From an uncultured Methanosarcinales archaeon (GTDB lineage: Archaea > Nanobdellota > Nanobdellia > Woesearchaeales > BS150m-G63), in assembly GCA_964630685.1 (NCBI GenBank), contig CAZVVW010000001.1:94236-155843 (forward strand): 61,608 nt of DNA. Direction: 5' to 3'. Positions 1 to 9,406 of this stretch are shown one piece after another. Under the pieces are notes generated by a model. It was not told where the DNA came from, searched no databases, and saw nothing but the letters and a program-made list of their open reading frames with translations. Positions within the stretch are counted from its first letter, which is position 1. Every line of letters starts with the position of its first letter. The position numbers were made by a program, and so were the translations under genes.

Positions 1-2
1 AT

Positions 3-1448
3 GATGGTAAACACGAATTACTTCAATTAATTGCTTTATCTGCAACTGTTTATGATAAAGGTATGTTGAGTGCTATAAAAATAGCAGAAGTGCATAAAAC
101 GATGATTCTTAAGAAGTTTGAGAAGTATATTGTTAGTTATGTGCTTGCAGGTAGTTTAGTGCAAGGAAGAGCTACCCCAACAAGCGATATTGATGTTTGG
201 ATAGTGATTGATGATACTGATGTCAAAAAGATGACTCGTGCTGAATTAAAAGATAAATTAAGAGCGATTATAATTGGTATGGGTATTGAAGCAGGAGAGA
301 TGACTGGTATTAAAAATAAATTAAATGTTCAGGTTTATATCTTAACTGATTTCTGGGATAGTCTAAAAGAGGCAAATCCAGTTGTATTTACATTACTTAG
401 AGACGGAATTCCATTTTATGATAGGGGAATTTTTATGCCTTGGAAACAGTTGTTAAAGATGGGTAAAATAAAACCTAGCCCAGAAGCGATTGAAATGTTT
501 ATGGGTTCTGGTGAAGAGATGTTGAAAAGGGTCCATATGAAAATAAAAGATATTGGTATGGAAGATACTTTTTGGGCGATTTTGACTCCTAGTCAGGCAG
601 CACTTATGCTTTATGGTGTACCACCACCGACACCTAAAGAAACTCCTGAACTTATGAGAGAGATTTTTGTTAAAAAAGAAAAAATGCTTGAAGAGGAGTA
701 TGTCAAAATTCTTGAAAAAAATATTAAGGTTAGAAAAGATATTGAACATGGTACTAAAAAATCTTTGACTGGAACTGAAGTCGATACTTTATTGAAGGGT
801 GCTGAGAAGTATCTTAAAAGGGTTAAAAAATTATTTGAAGAGATTCAAGAGACAAAAGAAAAAGAAGATATGGTTCACCTTTACGATACTGTTGTTACTA
901 TTATTAGAGATGTTTTAAAATTAGAAGGTATTGAGAAAGTGAGTGATTTAGAGGTCGTGAGAATTTTTGAAGATGAATTAATTAGTGCAGGAAAAATACC
1001 TGCTAAATTTTTGAGATTATTAAATGAAATTATAAAAGCTAAAAAAGATTATGATACTGGAAAATTAACAAAAGCAGAAGTGGATAAGATTAAGAAAAAG
1101 AGTGGAGAATTTATTAAATTCTTAGTAGAATATATGCAAAGAAAAAGAGGGGTAGAATTAGAGAGGGCAAGAATTAGGGTAAAACACGGAAATAGATATG
1201 GTGAAGTGTTATTGTTAGATAAAGAGGCATTTATTATACATGATATAGATCATGAAGAAAAAGGGATTAATAAAGCCAGAATTAAAACAGACGGCAGTTT
1301 AGCAGTCCCTGAGAAGAGTTCACTTGAAGAGTTAGAACAGGCTCTTGCTAATACTGAAATACCTGCTAAAAGCTTTATTAAAGAGCCCATATTTGAGGAT
1401 TTAAAGAAATTCTTTGGTAAAGATGTTGAGATATTAGTTAATTTTTAG
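3..1448 (+). CDS. Nucleotidyltransferase-domain protein with HEPN-like helical region (5' truncated by window)
   Basis: Frame is open from position 3 (DGKHELLQ...). Pol-beta-like NTase motif GSLVQGRATPTSDID, followed by a helical region. Confidence 0.7.
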   Translation, partial: DGKHELLQLIALSATVYDKGMLSAIKIAEVHKTMILKKFEKYIVSYVLAGSLVQGRATPTSDIDVWIVIDDTDVKKMTRAELKDKLRAIIIGMGIEAGEMTGIKNKLNVQVYILTDFWDSLKEANPVVFTLLRDGIPFYDRGIFMPWKQLLKMGKIKPSPEAIEMFMGSGEEMLKRVHMKIKDIGMEDTFWAILTPSQAALMLYGVPPPTPKETPELMREIFVKKEKMLEEEYVKILEKNIKVRKDIEHGTKKSLTGTEVDTLLKGAEKYLKRVKKLFEEIQETKEKEDMVHLYDTVVTIIRDVLKLEGIEKVSDLEVVRIFEDELISAGKIPAKFLRLLNEIIKAKKDYDTGKLTKAEVDKIKKKSGEFIKFLVEYMQRKRGVELERARIRVKHGNRYGEVLLLDKEAFIIHDIDHEEKGINKARIKTDGSLAVPEKSSLEELEQALANTEIPAKSFIKEPIFEDLKKFFGKDVEILVNF

Positions 1449-1501
1449 AAAACCTTTAATATTACTTTTACTTTCTTATGTTTGGGGGTAATATTTTGAA
1501 A

Positions 1502-2050
1502 ATGAAAACAAATATTAAGGTTTTAGATGCTATGACTACTAATCCTGTAACTATTGAAATGGGGAGTAGTTTGCAAGATTGTGCTAAAATCATGGCTGAA
1601 AAACATATTGGAGGAATTATTGTTGTTAAAGAAGGTGTTCTTGCAGGAATTTTAACTGAACAAGATATTGTTAGAAAAGTTGTTGCACAAGGAAATGATG
1701 CTTTAAAGATGAAAGTAGAAGATATTATGGAGACTAAACTTCATAAAATTTCTCCAGCTAAAGATGTTTATGATGCTATCATTAAAATGGGTGAAGTAAA
1801 TATAAGACATCTTCCAGTTGTTGATGGGGATGAGTTTTTTGGTTTGATAACTATGAAAGATGTATTGAAGATAGAACCTCAACTTTTTGACTTTATTGTT
1901 TCTAAATTTGAATTAAAAGAAGAGACTAAGAAACCTATATTTGGTGGAAATAGTAAAGATGGCGTATGTGAATTATGTGGAAGATTTACAACTGAGATAT
2001 TAAATATTGGTAGTAGCAAAGTTTGTGAAAGTTGTAAGGAATTTGTATAA
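1502..2050 (+). CDS. CBS-pair protein with C-terminal Zn ribbon
   Basis: Two CBS motifs (GILTEQDI; RHLPVVD...GLITMKD), then CELC...CESC. The ORF track starts at 1478; ATG 1502 is more likely. Confidence 0.85.
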   Translation: MKTNIKVLDAMTTNPVTIEMGSSLQDCAKIMAEKHIGGIIVVKEGVLAGILTEQDIVRKVVAQGNDALKMKVEDIMETKLHKISPAKDVYDAIIKMGEVNIRHLPVVDGDEFFGLITMKDVLKIEPQLFDFIVSKFELKEETKKPIFGGNSKDGVCELCGRFTTEILNIGSSKVCESCKEFV

Positions 2051-2150
2051 TTCTAACTTTTAAAAAAAGTTGGGTCAAAAGAAGTATGACGCACTAAAAC
2101 TAGCGTTTTAGATGTCATACCAGCTTTTTCGCTTTCGCTCAATTGGGTAT
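2051..2150. repeat. Intergenic palindromic element (terminator/REP/MITE-like)
   Basis: AACTTT-N5-AAAGTT at 2055-2071. Nested hairpin GTATGAC..CTAAAAC-TAGC-GTTTTAG..GTCATAC at 2084-2120. Confidence 0.45.
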
Positions 2151-2227
2151 TTTTCTGAATTATTTGAGTTTTTTGAAAAGGAAATTTTTAGAAAATTTTA
2201 TATATTTATTAATTAATAAAAATATAA

Positions 2228-3088
2228 ATGACAAATATTTTTTCAAAAAGTTGGGGGATAGTTAAATTAAGTTGAGGTGTAATAAAAAAAGATAAAGAGC
2301 TATTATGGTTTCCAATTTTAGCAGGAATTTTTTCTTTAATATTTATTACAATTATGATTTTTCCATCAATTATAATTTCTTTAATTAAAGGAACCTCTTT
2401 AGAATTGGGTGTTCTTTTTTATGTTCTTCTTTTTTTAATTTATTTAGGATTATCATTTATTGCTACTTTTTTTAATGTTTGTGTTGTTTATACAACCAAA
2501 AGAAGGTTTGAGGGTGGAGATGCTAAATTTATGGAAAGTATAAAATTTGCATTTTCTAAAGTACATTTGATATTTTCTTGGAGTGTTATATCTGCAAGTG
2601 TTGGAATTATCCTTGCTTTTATTGAAAAAATAGCGGAAAAGTTAGGCGGTATAGGTGAAATTATATTGAGAATTGTTCGTTCTTTATTGGGGATGGCATG
2701 GGCAGTCATAACTCTTTTTGTGATTCCTGCCATGGTATATCATAATTTAGGGCCAAAGGCAGCTATAAAGAAATCAGTTGAAGTATTAAAGAAAACCTGG
2801 GGGGAGAGTTTAATTAGGCATTTTGGATTAGGAGTAATACAGTTTCTTTTTTTGGTAATTTGGATAGTGGTAGTATTCTTTTTATTTCAAATATTTGTAA
2901 ATTTACCCATCATTGCAGGTATATTTGTAGTTCTTTTATTTATTGGAGGAATATCCATTTTTAGTTTATTGAATATTATATTTAATACAGCGTTATATGT
3001 TTATGCAGATACAGGAAAAATAATTGAAGGGTATGATAAAGAGACAATGGATAATGCATTTATGTTGAAAAAAAGAAAAGGTTTTTAA
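2228..3088 (+). pseudogene. DUF6159-like membrane protein with in-frame TGA at codon 16
   Basis: ATG 2228 is in frame with ORF 2354. It reads MTNIFSKSWGIVKLS*GVIKKDKELLWFP with TGA at 2273-2275. Downstream motif AIKKSVEVLKKTWGE. Confidence 0.6.
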
Positions 3089-3118
3089 ATAAATTAGTTC
3101 TGTTTTGAGTTAGTTAAC

Positions 3119-3204
3119 GCGAGGGTAGCGAAGTCTGGTCAAACGCGCAGGACTTAAGATCCTGTCTCTTAGTGAGTCCGAGGGTTCGAATCCCTCCCCT
3201 CGCA
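3119..3204 (+). tRNA. tRNA-Leu(TAA)
   Basis: GCGAGGG/CCCTCGC acceptor stem; anticodon arm CAGGA-CTTAAGA-TCCTG; long variable arm; GTTCGAATC; no encoded CCA. Confidence 0.95.
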
Positions 3205-3250
3205 TTTATTTTCATTTTTGGAAATATTTATTTTATTTTTATTATTTTAT

Positions 3251-3322
3251 GCCTCCGTAGCATAGTAGTATTGCGCGACATTGGTAATGTCGAGGTCGTG
3301 GGTGCAACTCCCACCGGAGGCT
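3251..3322 (+). tRNA. tRNA-Thr(GGT)
   Basis: GCCTCCG/CGGAGGC acceptor stem; CGACA-TTGGTAA-TGTCG anticodon arm; atypical T-loop TGCAACT. Confidence 0.9.
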
Positions 3323-3370
3323 TATGCCATTTTTGTACCATTTTAAAGGGAAATTACCGAATAATTAGAA

Positions 3371-3553
3371 ATGAAAGATATATTCAATAAATTTAAAGAT
3401 CCAATTAAATTATTTTCATTAGCTTTAATTATTCTATTAATTGTTTTTCTTACTTTTTTTGTTTTGAAGAAAATAAGTTCTTTAATATTTTGGTTTTTTA
3501 TTGCTTTAGCTTCTTTATTTGCTAATGTGGTTTTACCTAAACTTAAAAAATAA
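3371..3553 (+). CDS. Small 2-TM membrane protein
   Basis: 60 aa with two hydrophobic segments. Confidence 0.6.
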   Translation: MKDIFNKFKDPIKLFSLALIILLIVFLTFFVLKKISSLIFWFFIALASLFANVVLPKLKK

Positions 3554-4042
3554 TTATTTGAAATATTTTATAAGAACAATTACTAATAATAAAGAAGTGT
3601 TGAATATGAACCAAGGTTCTTTGTAAATTTTTAAGCTTCTCGGACGCCAAGCTCCTTTAAATTTATATTTGATACGTAAAAAAGGCCAAAGCCATTTTAC
3701 TCCTTCTTGATCTATGGAATCCAAAATTAAATGAACCATCATCCCTAAGAACATTGATTCTGCGTAAATTATATTTTGGGTGAATAAAAATACAACATAA
3801 GAAATTAATAATGCACCCCAAAGTGAATGAAATGGACTTCTGTCATGGTATAATAAATTTTTAATCCAAAGATTCTTTTTTTCTTCTTTGGTTAATTTTC
3901 CCCTGAATTTTCTATAAACAAAACTTAAAGTGTGATCTAAATCTAAAATAACACATCCTATTAGAAAATAAAAGGCATTCATTTTAGTTAAAAAGAAAAT
4001 ATAAAATAACATTCCAATTAAATAGTGTGCTATAACATCCAT
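3554..4042 (-). CDS. Membrane-bound metal-dependent hydrolase (YdjM/DUF457-like)
   Basis: N-terminal H, DLDH, RSPFHS, HLILD, GVKWLWP motifs. Confidence 0.8.
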   Translation of the reverse strand: MDVIAHYLIGMLFYIFFLTKMNAFYFLIGCVILDLDHTLSFVYRKFRGKLTKEEKKNLWIKNLLYHDRSPFHSLWGALLISYVVFLFTQNIIYAESMFLGMMVHLILDSIDQEGVKWLWPFLRIKYKFKGAWRPRSLKIYKEPWFIFNTSLLLVIVLIKYFK

Positions 4043-4043
4043 T

Positions 4044-4466
4044 TTAGACGTCTAATACACATTGTGATTTATATGTTTTTCCTTCTTGCCATACTTTTAA
4101 TCCAGAATAAGTCGCTGCTTTTACTTCTATTTTAGTGTTATGTTTTTTTTGATCAAGAGGTTCTCCATACGCTTTTCCTTTTAGATTGAATTGGTTGTTT
4201 TTTTTTGTTATTTTTAATTCAAATTTAGAAAAAGTAAAGTCATTTATGTCTTGTTGAGCTAAGAGTTCATTTAACCATTCTATAAAGAGGTTTTCAAGTG
4301 TTTCTGCTTTGCAGTTAATATCTATGGGTTTAGTAGGATTGACTTTGTTTAAATCAACCATTACTTCAAACATGGCTTTGGCACCTTCACTAAAGGATTC
4401 TTCTATTGTTTTTCCTTCAGCAAGTATGCCAACATCTGCTTGATGTTCTAAGAATTTATAACTCAT
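4044..4466 (-). CDS. Archease (RtcB cofactor)
   Basis: YKFLEHQAD, EVKAATYS and terminal LDV motifs. Confidence 0.95.
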   Translation of the reverse strand: MSYKFLEHQADVGILAEGKTIEESFSEGAKAMFEVMVDLNKVNPTKPIDINCKAETLENLFIEWLNELLAQQDINDFTFSKFELKITKKNNQFNLKGKAYGEPLDQKKHNTKIEVKAATYSGLKVWQEGKTYKSQCVLDV

Positions 4467-4757
4467 TTATCCTTGTGTTCCTGGTGGTGCTTGTTGGTTT
4501 TGTAAGCAAGCTACATCAAAAAATTGTTTAGTTAAGTTTCCAATATTAATTGTTGCTGGCTGACAATTGTCTGTTTGTTGGTATAATGAAACAATAGCAT
4601 CTTGAACACCTTTATTGTATCCACCTTGATATGTAGCGAGTAATTGTTGTTCTCTTGATGTTGTGTATTTATCTATTGCTATATAACCAACACTTAAAAC
4701 AAGTAAAATAGCCAAGATAATTATTGTTCTTCTAAATTTTTTATTATCATTATGCAT
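4467..4757 (-). CDS. Hypothetical membrane-anchored protein
   Basis: N-terminal TM helix, then YQGGYNKG and two Cys. Confidence 0.65.
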   Translation of the reverse strand: MHNDNKKFRRTIIILAILLVLSVGYIAIDKYTTSREQQLLATYQGGYNKGVQDAIVSLYQQTDNCQPATINIGNLTKQFFDVACLQNQQAPPGTQG

Positions 4758-4863
4758 TTATCAACACCCCCGTTGTGTATTTTATTTTTGGAGATGTTAA
4801 ATTATATAAACTTTTTGGAAAAGTTTATTAATATATTAATATATTTTTATCTAAAAGGGGAAA

Positions 4864-6150
4864 ATGGTTTCTAAAAAAGCATGGATAGTTGCAGTGGATA
4901 TGGGGTATGGCCATCAAAGAGCGGCGTATCCCCTCAAGGATATTGTTTATGATAGAATTATTACCGCTAATAGTGATAAACTTATAATCTCTAAAGAAAA
5001 AAAAAGATGGGCAAGAGCAAAATGGTTTTATGAAGGTATTTCTAGGTTTAGTTCATTTCCTTTAATTGGAAAATTATTTTTTGCAATTTATGATTTATTT
5101 CAACACATACCAAGATTTTATCCATTCAGAGATCTATCTATTCCTAATTATGCTACTCTTTATGTTGATGCTTTAATTAAAAATGATTTAGGGAAAAGTG
5201 TTTGTGATTATGTTAAAACTAAAAAAATACCTTTTGTTTCTACTTTTTTTATTCCAGCTATTGCTGCAACACACCAAGGAGTAAAAAGGGTGTATTGCGT
5301 TACAACTGATAGTGATATTAATAGGGCATGGGTACCTAAAAATCCTAAAACAAAAATAAAATATTTTGCTTCTTGTGAAAGGGTTGTAAAAAGACTTAAG
5401 GAATATGGGGTACCTAAAAAAAATATATTTCTTACGGGATTTCCCTTACCTAAAGAAAATTTAGGTGGAAGAGGATTAAAAATATTAAAAAAAGATTTGG
5501 GAATTAGGTTATTAAAATTAGACCCAAATAAAATTTATCTTTCAAGATATAAAGAACACATTAAAAGACATCTTGGTAAAAAAAATTTTAAGAGTAAATG
5601 TGATAGACCTTTGACTATTACTTTTGCTGTTGGTGGAGCTGGGGCACAAAGAAAAACCGTTAAATTGATGTTACAAAGTCTTAAAAGAAAAATATTAAAA
5701 AAACAAATTGCGATTAATCTTGTTGCAGGAATTCGTTTAGAGGTCAAATCTTATTTTGAAAAAACAATTAGAGAGTTAGGGTTAGAAAGAGAGTTAGGTA
5801 AAAGAATTACTATTTTAACCGGAGTAAATAAAAAAGATTATTTTAAGAAATTTAATGAATGCTTACATTGTACTGATATTCTTTGGACCAAACCTAGTGA
5901 ATTAGTGTTTTATACTGCTTTAGGTATCCCTATAATTATGACACCACCTCTCGGAGCTCATGAGTATTATAATCAAAGATGGATAGAACAGATGGGGGGT
6001 GGATTTACTCAAATGGATCCAAGATATGTGAATGAATGGTTATTTGATTGGATAAACAAAGGTGTTTTGGCAGAATCTGCTTGGGAAGGATTCATGGAAG
6101 CCCCTAAATTCGGAACTTATGAGATAGAGAAAATCCTGTTTAAATCTTAG
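4864..6150 (+). CDS. GT-B glycosyltransferase-like protein (MGDG synthase/UgtP-related)
   Basis: DMGYGHQRAA, TGFP, DILWTKPSE and HEYYN motifs. Confidence 0.7.
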   Translation: MVSKKAWIVAVDMGYGHQRAAYPLKDIVYDRIITANSDKLIISKEKKRWARAKWFYEGISRFSSFPLIGKLFFAIYDLFQHIPRFYPFRDLSIPNYATLYVDALIKNDLGKSVCDYVKTKKIPFVSTFFIPAIAATHQGVKRVYCVTTDSDINRAWVPKNPKTKIKYFASCERVVKRLKEYGVPKKNIFLTGFPLPKENLGGRGLKILKKDLGIRLLKLDPNKIYLSRYKEHIKRHLGKKNFKSKCDRPLTITFAVGGAGAQRKTVKLMLQSLKRKILKKQIAINLVAGIRLEVKSYFEKTIRELGLERELGKRITILTGVNKKDYFKKFNECLHCTDILWTKPSELVFYTALGIPIIMTPPLGAHEYYNQRWIEQMGGGFTQMDPRYVNEWLFDWINKGVLAESAWEGFMEAPKFGTYEIEKILFKS

Positions 6151-6206
6151 AAAAGTTTATAAAAAGACATCTTTTGAAAGTTATATGTGAGGTGTGGAGG
6201 AATAAA

Positions 6207-6434
6207 ATGGCAAAAGTTAATCTTGAGTCAATAATTAGCATGCACAAACCTACAAGAGAAAAAAGCAAAGAATTTGTAGTTGAGATGCTTGATAAGTATC
6301 AAAAAGGAGAAGTAGAACCCAATGTTGTTGAAGGATACTTTTCAGTATTAAGCAAGTGGGGATATAGATTCCAAAAATATAGAGAAAAATTCTACAAAAT
6401 AAGTATGGATAACCATTATAGTTTAGTTCATTAA
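6207..6434 (+). CDS. Hypothetical protein
   Basis: ATG 6207 preceded by GGAGG; the ORF track extends it to 6174. Confidence 0.6.
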   Translation: MAKVNLESIISMHKPTREKSKEFVVEMLDKYQKGEVEPNVVEGYFSVLSKWGYRFQKYREKFYKISMDNHYSLVH

Positions 6435-6453
6435 ATTATTATTAGAGGATTTT

Positions 6454-7911
6454 ATGGAAAAGATTGATGTAAAGCAGATTAGCCCATATATTTGGGAAGT
6501 ACCTAAAAAAAGGGATATGTTAGTTCCAGGAAGAGTTTATGCAGATAAAGAAATAATGGAACACCTTCTTGAAGATGTTAAGGCTGGTAAAGAGTGGAAT
6601 GCGCTAAAACAAGTAGTTAATGTTGCATGTTTACCTGGTATACAGAAAGCTAGTATGGCTATGAGTGATGTGCACCCAGGGTATGGTTTTCCTATCGGTG
6701 GGGTAGGCGCATTTGATGTTGAGAATGGTGTTATTAGTGTTGCTGGAGTTGGATTTGATATTAATTGTGGTGTAAGAACACTTAAAACTAATTTAACTAA
6801 AGGAGATGTTGAAGTTAAAAAAGAAGAATTAGCTGAAGCATTGTTTAAGATAATTCCTGCAGGTCTTGGAAGTAAAGGGGACATAAATCTTACTATGGAT
6901 GAGATTGATGAAGTGCTTGTTAAAGGTGCTAAATTTGCTGTTGAAAGAGGTTATGGGTTTAAAGAAGATTTAGAATTTATTGAAGAAAACGGATGTATTA
7001 ATGGAGCAAAACCTGAAAATGTTAGTGATAAAGCAAAGCAAAGACAATTTAGGCAGATAGGTACTCTTGGTTCTGGAAATCATTATTTAGAAGTGCAATA
7101 TGTTGATAAGGTTTATGACGAAAAAGTTGCTGAAGCTTATGGTTTAAAGATGGGACAGATTTTAGTTTCTATTCATTGTGGAAGTAGAGCGCTTGGGCAC
7201 CAGATTGGTACTGATTATTTGAAGATTTTAGATAAAGCAAGTAGAAAGTATGGAATACCTATTAGGGAAAAAGAGCTTGTTTGCGCGCCTTTTAACAGCG
7301 AAGAAGGGAAGAAATACCTTAGTGCTGTAAATTGTGGTATTAATTGTGCTTTTGCGAACAGACAGGCGTTGACACATCTTACTCGGAAAGCGTTTAATTC
7401 TGTGTTTGGGATTGATGGAAAAGAAGTTGAAACTTTTTATGAAATAGGACATAACACTTGTAAGTTGGAAAAACATGAAGTTGATGGTAAAATGGCGGAA
7501 TTGATAGTTCATAGAAAAGGAGCTACACGTGCTTTTGGTCCTGGACGAGAAGAGGTTCCTGAAAAGTATAGGGCTGTTGGTCAACCTGTTTTGGTTGGTG
7601 GTACAATGGGTACTTGTTCTTTTATTTTACATGGAACTGAAAAAGGAATGAAAGATACTTTTGGTTCTGCTATTCATGGAGCGGGTAGAAAAATGTCAAG
7701 ACATCAAGCAAAAAGAGAGTGGAAAGGGGTTAATCTTGTTGAAGAGCTGGCTAAAAAAGGAATTATTATTAAAGGTCATAGTATTAGTGGTGTTGCTGAA
7801 GAAGCACCTGGAGCATATAAAGATGCTGAAGAAGTTGTTGATGTGATGCATTTTAGCGGTATTGCTAAGAAAGTCGTTAAGGTGAAACCACTTATTTCAG
7901 TTAAAGGTTGA
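6454..7911 (+). CDS. rtcB: RtcB RNA ligase (tRNA-splicing ligase)
   Basis: DVHPGYGFPIG, GFDINCG, GTLGSGNHY, HRKGAT, HGAGR and EEAPGAYKD motifs. Confidence 0.97.
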   Translation: MEKIDVKQISPYIWEVPKKRDMLVPGRVYADKEIMEHLLEDVKAGKEWNALKQVVNVACLPGIQKASMAMSDVHPGYGFPIGGVGAFDVENGVISVAGVGFDINCGVRTLKTNLTKGDVEVKKEELAEALFKIIPAGLGSKGDINLTMDEIDEVLVKGAKFAVERGYGFKEDLEFIEENGCINGAKPENVSDKAKQRQFRQIGTLGSGNHYLEVQYVDKVYDEKVAEAYGLKMGQILVSIHCGSRALGHQIGTDYLKILDKASRKYGIPIREKELVCAPFNSEEGKKYLSAVNCGINCAFANRQALTHLTRKAFNSVFGIDGKEVETFYEIGHNTCKLEKHEVDGKMAELIVHRKGATRAFGPGREEVPEKYRAVGQPVLVGGTMGTCSFILHGTEKGMKDTFGSAIHGAGRKMSRHQAKREWKGVNLVEELAKKGIIIKGHSISGVAEEAPGAYKDAEEVVDVMHFSGIAKKVVKVKPLISVKG

Positions 7912-8243
7912 TGTTACTTAAAAAATAAAAATGAGACAATAAGAGTAAAACCAAAAGACTAAAAAAGTCTTCAGGGTTTCATAAAAAATGAAACCACTCT
8001 TAAAGCCTCATTTTTTAAAGATTAACAAAGAGAATGTTACTTAAAAAATAAAAATGAGACAATAAGAGTAAAACCAAAAGACTAAAAANNNNNNNNNNNN
8101 NNNNNNNNNNNNNNNNNNNNNNNNNNNNNNNNNNNNNNNNNNNNNNNNNNNNNNNNNNNNNNNNNNNNNNNNNNNNNNNNNNNNNNNNCACTCTTAAAGC
8201 CTCATTTTTTAAAGATTAACAAAGAGAATGTTACTTAAAAAAT
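7911..8243. repeat. 123-bp tandem repeat spanning a 100-N gap (8089-8188)
   Basis: Unit 7911-8033 restarts at 8034, and the unit end recurs from 8189. The unit contains two inverted repeats with A5 spacers. Confidence 0.75.
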
Positions 8244-8745
8244 GAGAAATCGAGTAGTGGGAATGTTAATAATTGGAGTGTCTGTGTTAATGGGAATTAT
8301 CATTCTTTCTTTTAATGAAGCACTGAAAAAGATAGTTAGTACTGCATGCGATCATGGGCCAACATGTCCTATGTGGGGAACTCTTGAATTACAGACAAAT
8401 ATTAGTGTAGGGGTAATGAGTTTTGTTGTACTTATTGGAATTTACTTAATCTTTTTTGGAGAAGATGGTAAGTTTTATCTTAAATCAAAAAAACAATCTC
8501 ATAAACCACGAAAAGTTATTAAAGCAGATTATGGTAGAGTTATGAATGAATTGAATGTTGACGAGAAAAAAGTTCTTCAAGGAGTTATTAGTGCTGATGG
8601 TACAATATTTCAATCTGAATTGGTTGAAAAAATTGGTTTTACAAAAGTGAAAGTAACAAGAATTCTTGATAAATTAGAAGGTAAAGGAGTTTTGGAAAGA
8701 AGAAGACGTGGAATGAGTAATGTGGTTATTCTGAAACATAAATAG
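8242..8745 (+). CDS. Membrane-anchored winged-HTH regulator, putative copper sensor
   Basis: Two TM helices flanking CDHGPTC; C-terminal wHTH (QSELVEKIGFTKVKVTRILDKLEGKG); heads the copper locus. Confidence 0.75.
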   Translation: MRNRVVGMLIIGVSVLMGIIILSFNEALKKIVSTACDHGPTCPMWGTLELQTNISVGVMSFVVLIGIYLIFFGEDGKFYLKSKKQSHKPRKVIKADYGRVMNELNVDEKKVLQGVISADGTIFQSELVEKIGFTKVKVTRILDKLEGKGVLERRRRGMSNVVILKHK

Positions 8746-8768
8746 TAATAGTCAAATAGGGGTGTAAA

Positions 8769-9047
8769 GTGAAAAATCAATTAAAAGCAATAATTACAGG
8801 GGTTGGAGGCATTATATCTGCTGGATTAGGTGTTCTTGGAAGTATGAGTATTTGTTTTTGCACTTTTTCTGTTTTTAGTATGATTTTGGCCGGAATGGGG
8901 ATCACATCTTTTTTTCTAACTAAATATAATATTCTATTTTTAGGTATGGGTGTTGGTTTAATTTCTTTAAGTGTATTTTATTTTGCAAAGTATGGAAATA
9001 AAAAAACATGTAAGTTGCATAAAAGAAAACATAAAAGGAAAAAGTAA
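8769..9047 (+). CDS. Small Cys-containing membrane protein (MerT/MerC-like)
   Basis: 3 hydrophobic segments with ICFC; located in the copper locus. Confidence 0.55.
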   Translation: MKNQLKAIITGVGGIISAGLGVLGSMSICFCTFSVFSMILAGMGITSFFLTKYNILFLGMGVGLISLSVFYFAKYGNKKTCKLHKRKHKRKK

Positions 9048-9064
9048 ATATTTCTAAATATAAT

Positions 9065-9082
9065 TATGAAACTAGTTTCATA
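9065..9082. promoter_or_regulatory. Perfect 18-bp palindrome, putative operator of the copper operon
   Basis: TATGAAACTAGTTTCATA upstream of the chaperone gene. Confidence 0.5.
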
Positions 9083-9163
9083 CAATGGATTATAAGGTGT
9101 TTCACTTATTAGTTCTTTAAAATTAATCAAATCAATTTAATTAATTGTGTTTTGGAGGAAATT

Positions 9164-9406
9164 ATGATGAAACAAATTATATTGGGGGTTAAAGGAATGC
9201 ACTGCAGAAGTTGTGAAGTGCTTATTGAAGATGCATTAGGGGAGCTAGATGGAGTTGAGAGTGTTAATATTTCTCATCAAGAAGGTATTGTTAAAGTAGA
9301 GTTTGATGAATTAAAAACAAGTTTAAGTGAAGTTGAAAAAATAATTGTGAATGAAGGATATAAAGTAAAAGATAGAGCTGTTATGAATTTAGGGGGGGCG
9401 AAATGA
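9164..9406 (+). CDS. copZ: Copper chaperone, HMA domain
   Basis: GMHCRSC motif; GGAGG upstream of ATG 9164/9167. Confidence 0.85.
   Translation: MMKQIILGVKGMHCRSCEVLIEDALGELDGVESVNISHQEGIVKVEFDELKTSLSEVEKIIVNEGYKVKDRAVMNLGGAK

Noticed and set aside
3172..3390. 72-aa ORF
   Set aside because: Overlaps tRNA-Leu and tRNA-Thr.
4044..7911. Archease-RtcB proximity as a novelty
   Set aside because: Well-established functional pairing.
7911..8243. CRISPR array at the tandem repeat
   Set aside because: The copies are identical 123-bp units with no variable spacers.
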